A DNA stretch of 64,000 nucleotides from assembly GCA_963726345.1 (NCBI GenBank), contig CAVSCC010000007.1, forward strand, positions 210,239 through 274,238. Direction: 5' to 3'. A model generated the notes under the pieces. That model was not told where the DNA came from. It did no database searches and was given only the letters and a program-made list of their open reading frames with translations. A program made the translations under genes and the position numbers. This DNA is from an uncultured Coriobacteriia bacterium. Its GTDB lineage: Bacteria; Actinomycetota; Coriobacteriia; Anaerosomatales; JAAXUF01. Below, piece by piece: positions 63,038 to 64,000 of the stretch (within the stretch, counting starts at the first letter, position 1; the number at the start of each line of letters is the position of its first letter).

Positions 63038-64000
63038 ATGTCGGAGATTCCGACGCGCTTCGTTGCCACTGGTGCGGATGCCGCGATTGCGATTACCAGA
63101 GCAGCCGTCAACCACCGCATCGGCCTTTCACTATCGTTCCAGCCGGAGCACCTCGACCCTGATCGCCTTGCCAGAGCACTTCGGCTGTCTTTTGACGCTG
63201 AGCCTGTCGTCGGCTGCTCGTTTCGGACCGATGAGCGCAGAGCGTACTGGCAGCGCATGCAGGATCTCGAGCAGCACGACGTTGTTGGTCCAGGAAGGCG
63301 TTTCGGACCCCGACACGTCGATGCGCCTCTTTCAGGCGGCTGAGGTACCGGATGAGGGTCCACAGGCGGCCATGGCCCTTCTACGATCGCCCCATCAAGA
63401 CGTCCTCGGTATCAAGGTCAGTCACGTACTGGCTGACGGCCGGGCCGCGAAGCAGTTGGCGTCTGTCCTTCGCTGACAGTTAACCCGTCAGGGGGTGGAC
63501 CCGACATTCACCCCGAGACCGAACCTGCGTGAACGTCCCAGTGGGCGCGACGTTTGGGCGAACCTGACTTCGGAACAGCGGCGCGAAGCCAAGAAGGCCA
63601 AGTCGTGGGCGAGCCCCACGTGGCCGGCGCCGAGCACTGCGGATGATGGAGCGCACCTCACATACCGCTGGAACACTCTGCGGCCGGGGCTGTTCCATGC
63701 GATGAAATCCTACGGCGCGGACCGCGGATGTACGGTGAACGACATGATGCTGACCGCCGTCCTACGCGCCTGCATCTCAAGTCTGAACCCGCCGGCCGGG
63801 GTTCCGCTCTCACTCATGTACACAGCTGATCTTCGGCGCTACCTGCCGGATGCCGCCACGCTCCCGATATCCAACCTCTCGATCTCGGGCTCCCTCGACA
63901 TCGCGCGGGTCAGTGATGAGTCCTTCGAGGAGACCCTGCGTCGGGTGCACGAACGAATGCAGCGCTGGGCCGAGATGTGCCACGGCGCAGGGCCACTCGC
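63038..64000 (+). CDS. HxxxDG acyltransferase, paralog 2 (runs off the window; 1 shift plus a compensated indel pair)
   Basis: GGGGGA RBS and ATG 63038. LSLSFQPEHLDPDRLARALRLSFDAEPVVGC aligns with paralog 1. GIKVSHVLADGRAAK carries HxxxDG (His at 63423-63425). +1 shift near 63285. The in-frame TGA at 63474-63476 lies inside the conserved LADxYxR..DPxxxP block. The segment CTVNDMMLTAVLRA matches ATVNDTLIGALI. Confidence 0.6.

Overview
GC-rich bacterial chromosome segment (GC judged by eye, not computed). It is almost entirely core housekeeping genes on the + strand. Gene order: mreBCD-mrdA-rodA; a radical-SAM pair plus RNase G; rplU-rpmA-obg-proBA-nadD-yqeK-LCP-rsfS; leuS-comEA-comEC-holA; rpsT (minus strand); lepA-dus-hemW-hrcA-dnaJ-rsmE-mtaB-phoH-HD-ybeY-dgkA-corC-cdd-era-deoC-recO-glyQS-PSRP-ppdK-dgt-dnaG-sigA; then an amidase, wecB and galE. 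This Firmicutes-like order, with glyQS, mreB and an hrcA-dnaJ pair in a high-GC genome, suggests a Coriobacteriia-like Actinomycetota lineage (inference only). There are five tRNAs: Ala-GGC, Asn-GTT (minus strand), Met/Ile2-CAT and Val-CAC, plus the Ala gene's G3:U70 identity pair noted below. I found no CRISPR array, no rRNA and no recognisable mobile element. The dominant unusual property is about 100 reading-frame breaks, mostly +1, spread over about 40 conserved and often essential genes. I read these as insertion-biased indel noise in the assembly, not biology. I therefore report each gene as one merged span and give the approximate shift positions. Frames are named by start coordinate mod 3. 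Accessory content is limited to two places. One is a lower-GC islet after tRNA-Ala, holding a secreted triple-repeat protein, a 29-aa hydrophobic peptide, an 88-aa acidic protein and a ZIP transporter. The other is two tandem paralogous HxxxDG acyltransferases after tRNA-Val, truncated at the window end. I did not find a convincing novel multi-gene system. The best candidates for follow-up are a PASTA-amidase fusion, a DgkA-PAP2 fusion and the tRNA-Val acyltransferase pair.
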